A DNA stretch of 64,000 bases from Octopus vulgaris (lineage: Eukaryota), in the NCBI GenBank assembly GCA_951406725.2, contig OX597823.1, forward strand, positions 13,516,001 to 13,580,000. The letters run 5' to 3'. The notes beneath the pieces were generated by a model that saw only the letters and a list, made by a program, of their open reading frames with translations, made no database searches and was not told the DNA's origin. The first letter of the stretch is position 1, and each line of letters begins with the position of its first letter. The translations under genes and the position numbers were made by a program. Below, in pieces: positions 26,149 through 37,330 of the stretch.

Positions 26149-28363
26149 GTGTTAAGCATCCAATGATACTTAATCCTATAATATGGGATTATATGCAGTC
26201 TTAATCACATTGTTACTTTGTCTGTTATAGTTTATTTATTTATAATCTCTGATTAGTAATTCTAAGTATTTCTGTTAACTGTTTTGTACTTATATGAATT
26301 CCCCGTAGTTAATTAGATAGACTTTGATACTTCAGGTTTAAAATAATTAGGAATACCATAGCTGTCTTTAAGTTTGTATATTTGCAAATAGTTCTACCCC
26401 GCCCCCTCTGCTTGTTTCCAAACAATAGTAGTAAATTCCAAAAACCAGCCACTGACCTTAACATGATTGTGAGGTATCAAATTTCTTTACTGGATGTCAA
26501 TGTTATTCACTTGTAGTAAGAGAGAACACTAGCCTGGGGTCGGTAACTAGAAACAGGTTACCTAATTCTGTATGAATGTCATACTGACCAAATTCTGTCC
26601 TTATTCTTTTTTTATTATTCTTTTTCATTAGCAAATTTCTCTCGGTTCTGGGAAAGATAATAGCATCGTGGTGCTTCCCCATATTTCAGTCGATAAATAA
26701 GATTGGACTATGAACGCACTCAAATGCATACCTGAAACAGCTGTAAGCCTATAATATATAAATATAACTACATAACCCATTATTTGTAGCACACAGACAC
26801 ACGCACACACACACACGCACACACAGATATGCATGGATGGTATGAGGAATAGTAGAGTAGAAGGTGCTAAAAGTCTCTGGGTCACAATAGGCCATTTTTA
26901 AAATGTGATTCCATCTGCATATAATGTACGTAGTCTTATGGATGGTACTTAAATCGCGAACCTAGAATACGAAAAAGACAACATAAAATAGAATATCGTT
27001 TTTCTCAGTGAAGTGGAAAGAAAGGGATAGTGCAAACTCATTTTAAAAAAGGGCCATATTTTTTCTAGAAAATTACAAAAGATAAATGTGAAGCAGGCGT
27101 AGGATTTTCGATAAATGAGGATATTTCTGAAAATGTTATCAGTTACAAAACATTAAATTAGCGGATAATCAAAATAACCGTCAAGCTGAACAAAAATTAC
27201 ATAATTAACATTATCTAAGTATATGCACCAACTGGTGGCTTTGATGATGAAAAGATGGAAGTATTTTACGGGCAGCTTGAGAGTGCCGTCAAGGAAGAGA
27301 AAGTGAACCATACTTAAGTGATAAGGGATTTTACCGCAAACGTTGACATTAGGAATAATAAAAGTAAAAATGATACGGATATGGGATAAGAAATGAAAGA
27401 AGAAAAAGACTAATTGAATTCGCACACTACGGGAAAATGAGAGTAGAAAATATCTTTATTCTAAAATAAGTGATAGAAAACGGTCATGAAAAAGTATTGG
27501 CGATAGAAAGAGAAATGTAATTGATTTCCTGCAATCCGCAGCCCAAAATAAAGTTCAAGATGTGACGCCTATCAACAGTGGACATTGGAAGTGACCACTG
27601 ACTTGCCAAGTGCAAAATAAAAATAAACACAACTAAAGAAAGGAACAAGAAACTAGGGAAGTCACAGGGAATTTACATGGAAGACCTCATACCAAAAGTC
27701 TCAGAAATCCAGTTAGCTTCCAAAAATAGACTTGATATACTCCGGGAGAAGATAGATAGTAAGCAATACCGAGGAGATAACGAATATTATTACCGAGACA
27801 ATAAAAAAAAACACAGCTAAGGAAACTAAAACTAGCAGCAAAACAAAAAAAAACATTACCGAGAGATATCAATATTATGAAAAACTGAAGAACAATGAAA
27901 CAAGATTCATTTACACAACGTATTGAATATACTGTATTATGTAAAAGAATAAAGAAAAATCTCAGAGAAAATTAAAAGAAAGTCAAATTTGGAGAAGATT
28001 AAGAAAACAATTGAAAGCAACAAATGTCTTTAAAAGACTAAGCGAGAAATGACTATAGGACGTAGCACAATCATTAGACTAAATGACAAAGAAACGAGAC
28101 AACTAAGAGGTGTACAAATATTAGAAAAAAATAACAGTATTCAATGAAAGCCTATATCATTCAAACAAAGAAGTTTCCCGAACAGTAAATTCAAAGCAAA
28201 GCGTCCCAGACATTTTGGAGGCAGAAGTTGAAAATATTATACAGGAAATGAAAAACAACAAAACTGCAGATTGAAATATGAGATTTAAATAGACATCACA
28301 AAAGTGGTTAAACCAAGCACAGGTAAGGGACTAGCTAAAGTTTATGCAAAATACATGAACATA

Positions 28364-28780
28364 ACTCTTTTACTCTTTTACTTGTTTCAGTCATTTGACT
28401 GCGGCCATGCTGGAGCACCGCTTTTAGTCGAGCAAATCGACCCCGGGACTTATTCTTTGTAAACCCAGTACTTATTCTATTGGTCTCTTTTGCCGAACAG
28501 CAAAGTTACGGGGACGTAAACACACCAGCATCGGTTGTCAAGCAATGCTAGGGGCTCAAACACAGACACACAAACACACACACACACACACATACATATA
28601 TATATATACATATATACGACAGGCTTCTTTCAGTTTCCGTCTACCAAATCCACTCACAAGGCATTGGTCGGCCCGGGCCTATAGCAGAAGACACTTGCCC
28701 AAGATGCCACGCAGTGGGACTGAACCCGGAACCATGTGGTTGGTTAGCAAGCTACTTGCCACACAGCCACTCCTGCGCCT
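28364..28780 (-). mobile_element. SINE family B, full length, nested in the RTE LINE
   Basis: Same consensus as 6467-6895. Confidence 0.9.
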
Positions 28781-29453
28781 ATGATAACAGATATGTAGAA
28801 AAATTCCGAACTGATGTTTTTTATGAAAGAGGGGATGCCAAAGATTTAAAGAACTACAGGCCAGTCTACTGTCAAACACCTACAAGACTTTCTCAAAAAT
28901 CATATAAAAAGAACTTAGAAAAAGTTGGATGAGAATACTGTATAACAATCTCTGCAGGCCTCTGGGAAAATTATAGCACTGTAAACCACATATACGCTAC
29001 ATACCAACAGAGGAGAAAATGCCAGAATCACAACATACCGTTATACTTAACGTTTATAGATTTTGAAAAAAAAATTATCATTCCGTGGAAATTTATATAC
29101 TATGAGCACTGGGGGAAAAAAGGAACCAAAGGAGACTACATGAAGTTATTAGAAAATGTATACATCAACTGCAGAAGTACAACAACTATAAACAATAAGG
29201 CGATTGATATCAAAATTGGTGAAGGAGTCAGACACGGAGACGCCATATCACCCAAATTATTCACGTTTGTATTAGAAAAGGTTTTTAAACTATTGTGTTG
29301 AACTGATAAAGGAATAAACATAAACAGATGAATCTCAATCATTTCAAATTCGCTGATGATATTGTACCCATTTTCAGGAGTATCAAAGAATCAACAGAAA
29401 GGCTCGTAGAAGTAAAAGAAGAAAGCAAAACATGTCAACTCAGAATTAATATT

Positions 29454-29659
29454 GGTTTCAAATTTTGACACAAGGTCAGAAATTTAGGGAGAGCGAGGTA
29501 AGACGATTACATTGACGCTAGTTCCCAAACGGTACTTACTTTATCTACTCCGAAAGGGATGAAAACGAAATTAATTTCGACTGAATTTGAACACGGAGCA
29601 TAAAGACGCGAAGCATTTCGCCGGAGGCGTGATAACGATTCTGCCAACTCGCTGCTCTG
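29454..29659 (-). mobile_element. SINE family A nested in the RT region of the RTE LINE
   Basis: 17-bp TSD AACTCAGAAT(T/C)AATATT at 29437-29453 and 29660-29676. Confidence 0.85.
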
Positions 29660-30726
29660 AACTCAGAATCAATATTAGTTAAACGAAGGTGATCTCCAAC
29701 CAAGTTATCACAGCTGGAAATGTAGTAAGAGCTGATAAAATTGTTGAACATGTAAACCAATACAGCTCTCTTCAACAAATAATATACTTACAGGATAAGC
29801 AATCTGACCAAAGAAGTTGAGCGACGAATACAGTTAAGATGAGCATGGTTTTGTAAATTGAATTATATTATGATCAGTAACTTACCCGCGTGTGCAAAAG
29901 GAGAGCTCTTAAAGCAGCGTGCGCTGCCTACTATTATGCATGCATTAGAAACATGGACCACCAACAGGAGCATTGAAAGTAAATTAAGATCAACACAACG
30001 TGCCGTGGAAAGGAGAATACTGAAGATTTAAAAAAATCGATGAGTGGGAAAACAATGGATTAAGTGCGGCAATATATTTAGCAAATATCAACTGGAAATA
30101 GTCGTTTGCGGTACATTTACTTAGAAGAAAGAATAATTGGTGGAATATAAAATGGACAGAGTGGACAACACGTCCATAAAAAAAGAAAGAAGGGAAGACC
30201 ATGCAGCGGTTGGTATGAAGGTTTTGTTAAATTCTTCGGCACCCAACATGGATAGGGAAAACATTAGACCGTGGTTAGTGGAGAGAATATACTGTGTCAT
30301 TAGTCCAATAGTGGACTGAACATCTACAAGGATGAAGTCACAAGAAACAAATCCAAACACATAATGATATTCAAAATAAAAAAATAAACGGAGAAGGAAA
30401 GGGAGAGTAATATGTTCGCATTTATGAATACAATAAAGACTGCAACATAGAAGTGACCAACAAGAGTCGAATAAGAGAGTTCAAGCAAAATATTACAGGA
30501 GTTTCAAATAGCTTCAAGGAGATTGAGGAATAAAGAAAACATCTTGAGATTTGTAAACTGAGAAACTTAAACATCCTTCAGCAAACAAAATAAAAGTAAA
30601 CAAAAATAAATGTATTGGTTTTCTCAGCTGCTGTGGCATTATGTCGGGTTCAAAAAGTCTGGAAACTGTCACGTATAATATCGGCTTCGGGCGTGCATGC
30701 GTGTATGTATGTATATATATATATAT

Positions 30727-30800
<74 letters not shown>

Positions 30801-30884
30801 GATAGAGATGTTGAACCCAACATAATAACACACCAGCTGAGAAAAGTAATACATTTACTTTTGTTTATTTCTTGTTGAATGTAT

Positions 30885-31485
30885 ATATAGATAAGTTTCT
30901 TTATTGGCCACACAGGGCTGCACACAGATGGGACAAGTTACAAGGTAGAGCTTTTCTTTTGGGGGATGAAAAAAAGGGGGTGGCGTAGGTTTTCGATCAA
31001 GAGGGATCGTAAAAGGGAAGAAAAGAAGAAAAAAAAAGGAAAAATGAAAAAAATAAATAGAATAAAAAATAAAAGAAATAAAAAAAAGAAAGGGAAAAGG
31101 AACAAAAGAAAAGAGAAATGAAAAAAGAAGAAAAAGGGGAAAAAAAGGGGAAGAGGAAAAAGAAAAAGAACGATCAATAGGGATCGTGTATCACAGTATT
31201 ATGATATATGGTGTAAAGGGGAAAGCAAGTAAGGTTTATCCGTGGGAAGAAAAGCCTACGAAAAAGACCACGGTAACCTTGGTCAATATTGTTATATGTT
31301 ACCACATTTGTTTGCAAGTGGGTAACCCTCTGTTTTCCATTTCTAGGTTCATAGGATTATGATCAAGGTGGCTTCGTCATTCATACGTGCCATCCTTGCT
31401 ATATTCACCCATCTTTTTTTAAAACATTCGCTAGACAAAACTTGCCTCTCTACTCTCACTTTCCTTTTCATGTGGTACTTGAATG
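30885..31485 (-). mobile_element. 5'-truncated Tx1/L1-like LINE 3' end next to (GATA)n
   Basis: ORF end [44 protein letters not shown], pyrimidine-rich 3' UTR, AATAAA then TATCTATA. Confidence 0.55.
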
Positions 31486-31488
31486 TAT

Positions 31489-31489
<1 letters not shown>

Positions 31490-31554
<65 letters not shown>

Positions 31555-31559
31555 GGATG

Positions 31560-31641
<82 letters not shown>

Positions 31642-31642
31642 G

Positions 31643-31686
<44 letters not shown>
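31490..31686. repeat. (GATA)n microsatellite
   Basis: Seen directly; similar arrays at 24268-24381, 30728-30800 and 47797-48078. Confidence 0.95.
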
Positions 31687-31687
<1 letters not shown>

Positions 31688-32240
31688 CAGGGTGGTCAAA
31701 AAGTAAGTCTACAGTTATTCAACTACCTCTTTCGCATTTTAAACAAATATGAACCCATTATACTATGCTAACTTAGTTAATTTTGTCAATCACTTTTCCA
31801 GTTGACAGTAAGATACTACCTCAACCAAGCCTTTCGACAGCGTTAGTTTGGAAGACGGGTCAGCATCGAATGGCCACTACGTTCACCTGAGCTGACACCA
31901 ATGGATTTCTTTTGGTGGAGTTTGTAAAGAACAAGGTTTATGAGAAAAATCTCAAAAACAGTAAATGAATTAAAAGATTACATTTCTGACGCATTCGCGG
32001 AAATTTATGGAGATCGCAATTTTGTTCCACACTGGATGTTAGAGTGTTCTGAACAGGTTTGAAGAATGTGGCAGTGTTGAAGGAGGTCATTTTGAGCACC
32101 TGAGAGATTAAACATTGGCTGTTTAAGATGTGCAACAAAAATATGATTCTAAGGTAGAAATTTAAATGTAATAAAATGTTATACAAGAGATTTAAAGTGC
32201 CTACGTGATAACACTGTAAACCTACGTTTGGTCCACCCTG
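31688..32240 (+). mobile_element. Internally deleted Tc1/mariner-superfamily transposon
   Basis: About 28-bp TIRs CAGGGTGG.C.AA..GTA.GT.TACAGT with TA flanks; transposase C-terminus WPLRSPELTPMDFF..VKNKVY..NELKDYI..EGGHFEHL. Confidence 0.9.
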
Positions 32241-32259
32241 TATAAATATATAAATAAAT

Positions 32260-32527
32260 AATTCCAAGAAAGTTAGGGGCTGTGGTTCCAACCCACTAAG
32301 GGATAATATCTATCCAATATACTGTTGGTATAATGCCCAATTATTAATACACGAGTGATTTTTGTATTGCATTGCAATTAACTTACTTAGTGTATTAAAT
32401 GGGTGAAGGTAAAGAGATATTTTACCATTAATTTATAATGCAAATAAGAAAATGGAGGAGCACATTAGTTGGTTGATGTACTAAAGTTGATGAACCAACT
32501 ATTGTGCTTCTCCATTTTCTTATTTGC

Positions 32528-32533
<6 letters not shown>
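32260..32533. mobile_element. (TA)n-embedded element with terminal fold-back
   Basis: Arms 32434-32474 / 32493-32533; same family in opposite orientation at 56728-57128 with longer arms. Confidence 0.8.
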
Positions 32534-32591
<58 letters not shown>

Positions 32592-32595
<4 letters not shown>

Positions 32596-32945
32596 CGGAA
32601 TGGTCATATTGCCAGTTTAGCCAATAAAAACACACGCACTATATATTTGGTGTTATTTTGCTTCAGTTATAGTTATGTTTTACATTAATCTTAATCTTAT
32701 TTCGGCCAAAGTTCTTTCGTCACACTCCTGTGACCGCATCAGTGGTCCTTTGTTTTCTTCTCACTTTGGCCGAAATAAGATTAAGATTAATGTAAAACAT
32801 AAATATCACTGAAGCAAAATAACACCAAATATATAGTGCGTGTGTTTTATTGGCTAAACTGTCAATATGACCATTCCGAAATATAACAATATCTGTTTCA
32901 ACACACGACTTCACATAAAAAATCTTGCACAACAAATATTTAAAC

Positions 32946-32947
<2 letters not shown>
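32592..32947. mobile_element. Head-to-head PLE-like non-autonomous element with hammerhead-like motif
   Basis: About 120-bp inverted arms around 32713-32762; single-orientation copy at 46600-46860. Confidence 0.8.
32704..32748 (-). ncRNA. Minimal type-I hammerhead-like motif (variant core CUGAUGC)
   Basis: GGACCA CUGAUGC G GUCACA-GGAG-UGUGAC GAAA G AA CUU UGGCC. Confidence 0.55.
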
Positions 32948-32985
<38 letters not shown>

Positions 32986-33099
32986 CTGTGTGCATTGATA
33001 GTAATGGTAAGAGAACAAAAGAAAGAAAGATACCTCAATATTATGTAAATAGAGGAATTTATCTGTAAATGTAAAATGTGACAATTATTCGGTAGCCAT

Positions 33100-33160
33100 G
33101 ATAAAACTACGAATTTCGGATGTCGGGGCGAAAACCCACACCGGCATCTTTTCGGTTATC
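33100..33160 (-). ncRNA. Degenerate hammerhead-like motif
   Basis: GAUAA CCGAAAA GAUGCCGG..CCGACAUC C GAAA UUC GUA GUUUUAUC. Confidence 0.35.
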
Positions 33161-33772
33161 GGGCCATCAAAAAATACTATGAAAATTACCGTTAAACAAA
33201 GGGAACTTAGTATGTGACTGACCGTTATATCCGAATTATGTATATATAATCATGTATATATAATTCGGATTAATATAAACAACACTTAGCAATGTTTCAC
33301 GAAAAAGGAGAATCATAAACGTTACTAGATGAGACTAGGTTGATAGAAACCACATAGAAATAAGAGCTAAGCCACTCTACTGCTATAGTTAATGCGCGCA
33401 TGAATGAAAATTTATACTCTAACAGGGAACATTATCGTCTGAAAAGTGCCGATCGAGAATTCTTAATTCTGACCCGACAGGATTGGCAATTTCCGTTGCC
33501 TCGTCAGTTAGGACATCTCGACTGTTCGGCTCTTTCCGGACTCGCTTCACCATTAGTATTTTTATTTTCATCATCCAAAGAATTGGAGGATTTAGCGAAT
33601 CACTAATGTGTATATGTAAAATTAATATAAACAGCACTTTGCGATGTTTCACCAAAAAGGAGAATTATAAATGTCACTAAATGTGTCTAGGGTCTTAAGA
33701 AACACCTACATTGCTAGAAACAAAAGCTAAACCCCTCAAATGCTGTAGCTGAGGCACATAAATGAAAAAATA

Positions 33773-33813
<41 letters not shown>

Positions 33814-33900
33814 GAATTTACAACAAAAAAAAACAGAAGGCGAAGACGGGTGTATAAACAACAAACAGATGTATTAGTTTAACGCTCGGGAAGTGAGAAA

Positions 33901-33938
33901 GTCTTTATGTTTCGAGCCTAGGCTCTTCGACAGAAAGG
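33901..33938 (-). ncRNA. Minimal hammerhead-like motif, CUGUNGA core variant
   Basis: CCUUU CUGUCGA A GAGC-CUAG-GCUC GAAAC AUA AAG; homologues at 42161-42199 and 44274-44312. Confidence 0.55.
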
Positions 33939-34071
33939 TACACAGAAATAAACAGGGAGAGAAAATAGAAAAGGGTTTAGTGGCTAGCGGCATTTGTTAA
34001 ATATACATGAGTGTATGTATGCATATACGTATGTACATATATATACGCACACACACGCGTCAATATGTGTT

Positions 34072-34122
<51 letters not shown>

Positions 34123-34824
34123 GTATGTACTCACACATTCTCACAAAGATATACCTGAACGTGTGTTTACCTGTAAACACCTACGTGTATGCGTCTTTTG
34201 TTTTCGGCCTTATTTTTACCTCTTCGATTTATTACAAACACATCTTTAATTTCGCAAGTTATTAGTATCTGGTTTTTTGTTCCTCTTTTTTTTTTATCAC
34301 TTCCCGTTTGCTTTTGTTTAAATAAAACTCAATATCACAAGACGGATAATTTTTTTTTTTTCAAATTACTGTTCTTCCTAGTTTTCACCCTATAGCAAAT
34401 CTGAAATGATTTTTGCAATACATTTTTCAACTATTATTTATTATTGATATTTGCAATATTATTTATTATTATTTGCAATATTGTACCTGCCTGCTTTATG
34501 TGGTTTTGATTTTGAATATTTTTTTTTTTAAATTCTACCATCAGTAAGAAAGACACTTTCGTAATTGCATTATTAAAAATACATCATATATGAATAAATT
34601 ATTGTATGATGTACATGACACTATTTAGTGAAAATGAATGCCTTTTAAACTGATGCATAATATATGTATTCCATTCATATTTTTTTAGATATATTTGAGG
34701 TTGCCTTCATAGCTAATCGGTCACTAAGTCCTTTATTAATAGTTTTAATTATTTTTTGTCATTGATTTCCCTCGAGTGAAATTTTGCTACGATAATAAGA
34801 TTGATAATTTCATTTCAGATTATA

Positions 34825-35416
34825 TTTATTGCCCAGAGGGGGCTAAACATAGAGGGGACAAACAAGGACAGACAGAGGGATTAAGTTGATTACATCGACC
34901 CCAGTGCGTAAGTGGTAGTTATTTAATCGACCCCGAACGGATGAAAGGTAAAGTCGACCCCGGCAGAATTTGAACTCAGAGCGTAACGGCAGACGAAATA
35001 CCTATTTCTTTACTACCCACAAGGGGCTACACACAGAAGGGAAAACAAGGACAGACAGACGGATTAAGTCGATCATATCGAACCCAGTGCGTAACTGATA
35101 CTTATTTAATCGACCCCGGAAGGATGAAAGGCAAAGTCGACCTCGGCGGAATTTGAACTCAGAACATAACGGCAGACGAAATACCTATTTCTTTATTACC
35201 CACAAGGGGCTGAACACAGAAGGGACAAACAAGGACAGACATAGGTATTAAATCGATTACATCGACCCCAGTGCGTAACTGGTACTTAATTTATCGACCC
35301 CGAAAGGATGAAAGGCAAAGTCGACCTCGGCGGAATTTGAACTCACAACGTAACGGCAGCCGAAATACCGCTAAGCATTTCGCCCGACTTGCTAACGATC
35401 CTGGCAGCTCGCCGCC
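34825..35416 (-). mobile_element. SINE family A trimer with a single TSD
   Basis: CATTTCAGATTATA at 34811-34824 and 35416-35429 flanks all three units. Confidence 0.92.
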
Positions 35417-35499
35417 ATTTCAGATTATAATATTCGTTTGATTATTTCTTTTAATTCGATGTAAGTCATTGAATTTCCTGGATTTCTTTTATTCTTTTC

Positions 35500-35860
35500 T
35501 TTTATTCTTTTATTTATTTCAGGCATTTGACTGCGGCCATGCTGGAGCACCGCCTTTAGTTGAACAAATCAACCCCAGAACTTTGTAAGCATAGCAATTA
35601 TTCTATGTCTCTTTCGGCGAACCGCTAACTTACGGAGACATAAACACACCAACATGGGTTGTCAAGCAATAGTAGGGGGACAACTACAGACATACAAACA
35701 CTAACACGTATACGACGGGATTCTTTCAGTTTCCGTCCACCAAATCCACTCACAAGTCATTGGTCGGCCCGATGCTATAGTAGAAGACACTTACCCAAGG
35801 TGCTACGCAGTGGGGTTGAACCCGGAAACATGTGGTTGGCAAGCAAGCTACTTACCACAC
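35500..35860 (-). mobile_element. SINE family B
   Basis: Consensus match. Confidence 0.85.
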
Positions 35861-35987
35861 ACTATTTGTTTTTTATTTATATAACTCTGACATTTCATCA
35901 TAACACATTTGCAGGATGTGAACTATGCGCCTACACATTTAAATACAAACATACATATACACATGCACACATATACATCTTTCTCTC

Positions 35988-36073
<86 letters not shown>

Positions 36074-36211
36074 AACACACACACACACACACACGCAAAT
36101 CGAGAGCAGAAAATGAAAGATTCAGATAAACTCTTATAAGTTATATCATAATGCCAACGGCAATTCTCATTTTGCTCTGCTTTTATCAAGTTTCTTTTTG
36201 TGTTCACTCAC

Positions 36212-36465
36212 CTAAACAACAAAAGTTTCCATTCCATTCCTGAAACAGGCGATTCCATTCCTTCTTAACATTTCTCCAACATTTGGTTTTGCTGATATAT
36301 TATCTTCTCCATAACCCTTTTCTCACGCGGATTTTTTCTCTTCAGTCACTCCATAACACATGCTTAACTATTACATGACGCTTTCTGCATTCTCTTCTGC
36401 GACCAAAGACATATGGCTAAAAAGCGAAGCCGATGTTTCTTCATCTACATGAAGATGGACCTTAC
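36212..36465 (-). pseudogene. Exon relic
   Basis: Acceptor aaattttag, strong donor TAG|gtgagt; phase-1 start matches upstream exon; GKVHLHVDEETSASLFSHMSLVAEENAESVM**.. Confidence 0.5.
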
Positions 36466-36572
36466 CTAAAATTTTGAAAATATTTCAATCTTGATAAAGA
36501 AATCTTTTGTCGATGCATCACCCCATTAGACAGCCTTATTTGCGTTTTTTCTATTTTCACGATGATAAATGC

Positions 36573-36635
<63 letters not shown>

Positions 36636-36636
36636 A

Positions 36637-36869
36637 TTAGGGTTAAGCAACAAGTTGCTTACGTACCGAAGATTTAGAAATAGCAGCCAAATGTCGCTTA
36701 TTTCTTTTTACTACAGGTATTACTCCACATATAACATTACTTGTAACTCACATAGACAAAAGAAGAAAAAATCGAAATCAAACAGTTTTCGGTCAGTTGC
36801 GGACGCGTTTCTGGGTTAGAATTATAAAGACCTCCTTCCCGTCCTAAGCACAACTTGTTGCTTAACCCT

Positions 36870-36945
<76 letters not shown>

Positions 36946-37059
36946 TATATATATAAATATATAACTTTTTGTAAAAGTTCCTATAAATAATGGTTCTCCT
37001 TCCATACCGAAACTACTTGGTACTAAGTATTCATTTTAAAATTAATAATTATTTACCCT

Positions 37060-37130
<71 letters not shown>

Positions 37131-37330
37131 TTAGCAACAAGTTGCTTCACCACATACCGAAAATTTAGAAATAGAAGCCAAAAGACACCTAATTCTTTTC
37201 ACTACAAATATTTGTAACTCACATAGGCAAAAAGAAAAAAATAACGAAATCAAGCAGTCTTCGATTAATTATGGACGCGTTTCTAGATTAAAATTATACA
37301 AATTCATTTCTTTCATCAACATATTTCGAG
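36637..37330 (-). mobile_element. Cluster of (TA)n-embedded PLE-like terminal fragments
   Basis: Two copies (36637-36840, 37125-37330) with GAAACGCGTC on minus; the first is capped by an inverted copy of its own end (36846-36874). Confidence 0.75.
37270..37323 (-). ncRNA. Minimal type-I hammerhead ribozyme motif
   Basis: UAUG UUGAUGA A AGA..UCU A GAAAC GC GUC CAUA: stem I UAUG/CAUA, palindromic ACGCGU stem III. Confidence 0.6.

Larger units (their letters stand above)
27150..30340 (+). mobile_element. Decayed RTE-clade LINE (APE endonuclease and RT), interrupted by two SINEs
   Basis: VYAPT..DEKMEVFYGQLE, GSDH, RGDAKDLKNYRPV, FIDFEK, GVRHGDAISPKLFT, FADDIV, ETWT motifs, with many stops and frameshifts. 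Confidence 0.9.
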
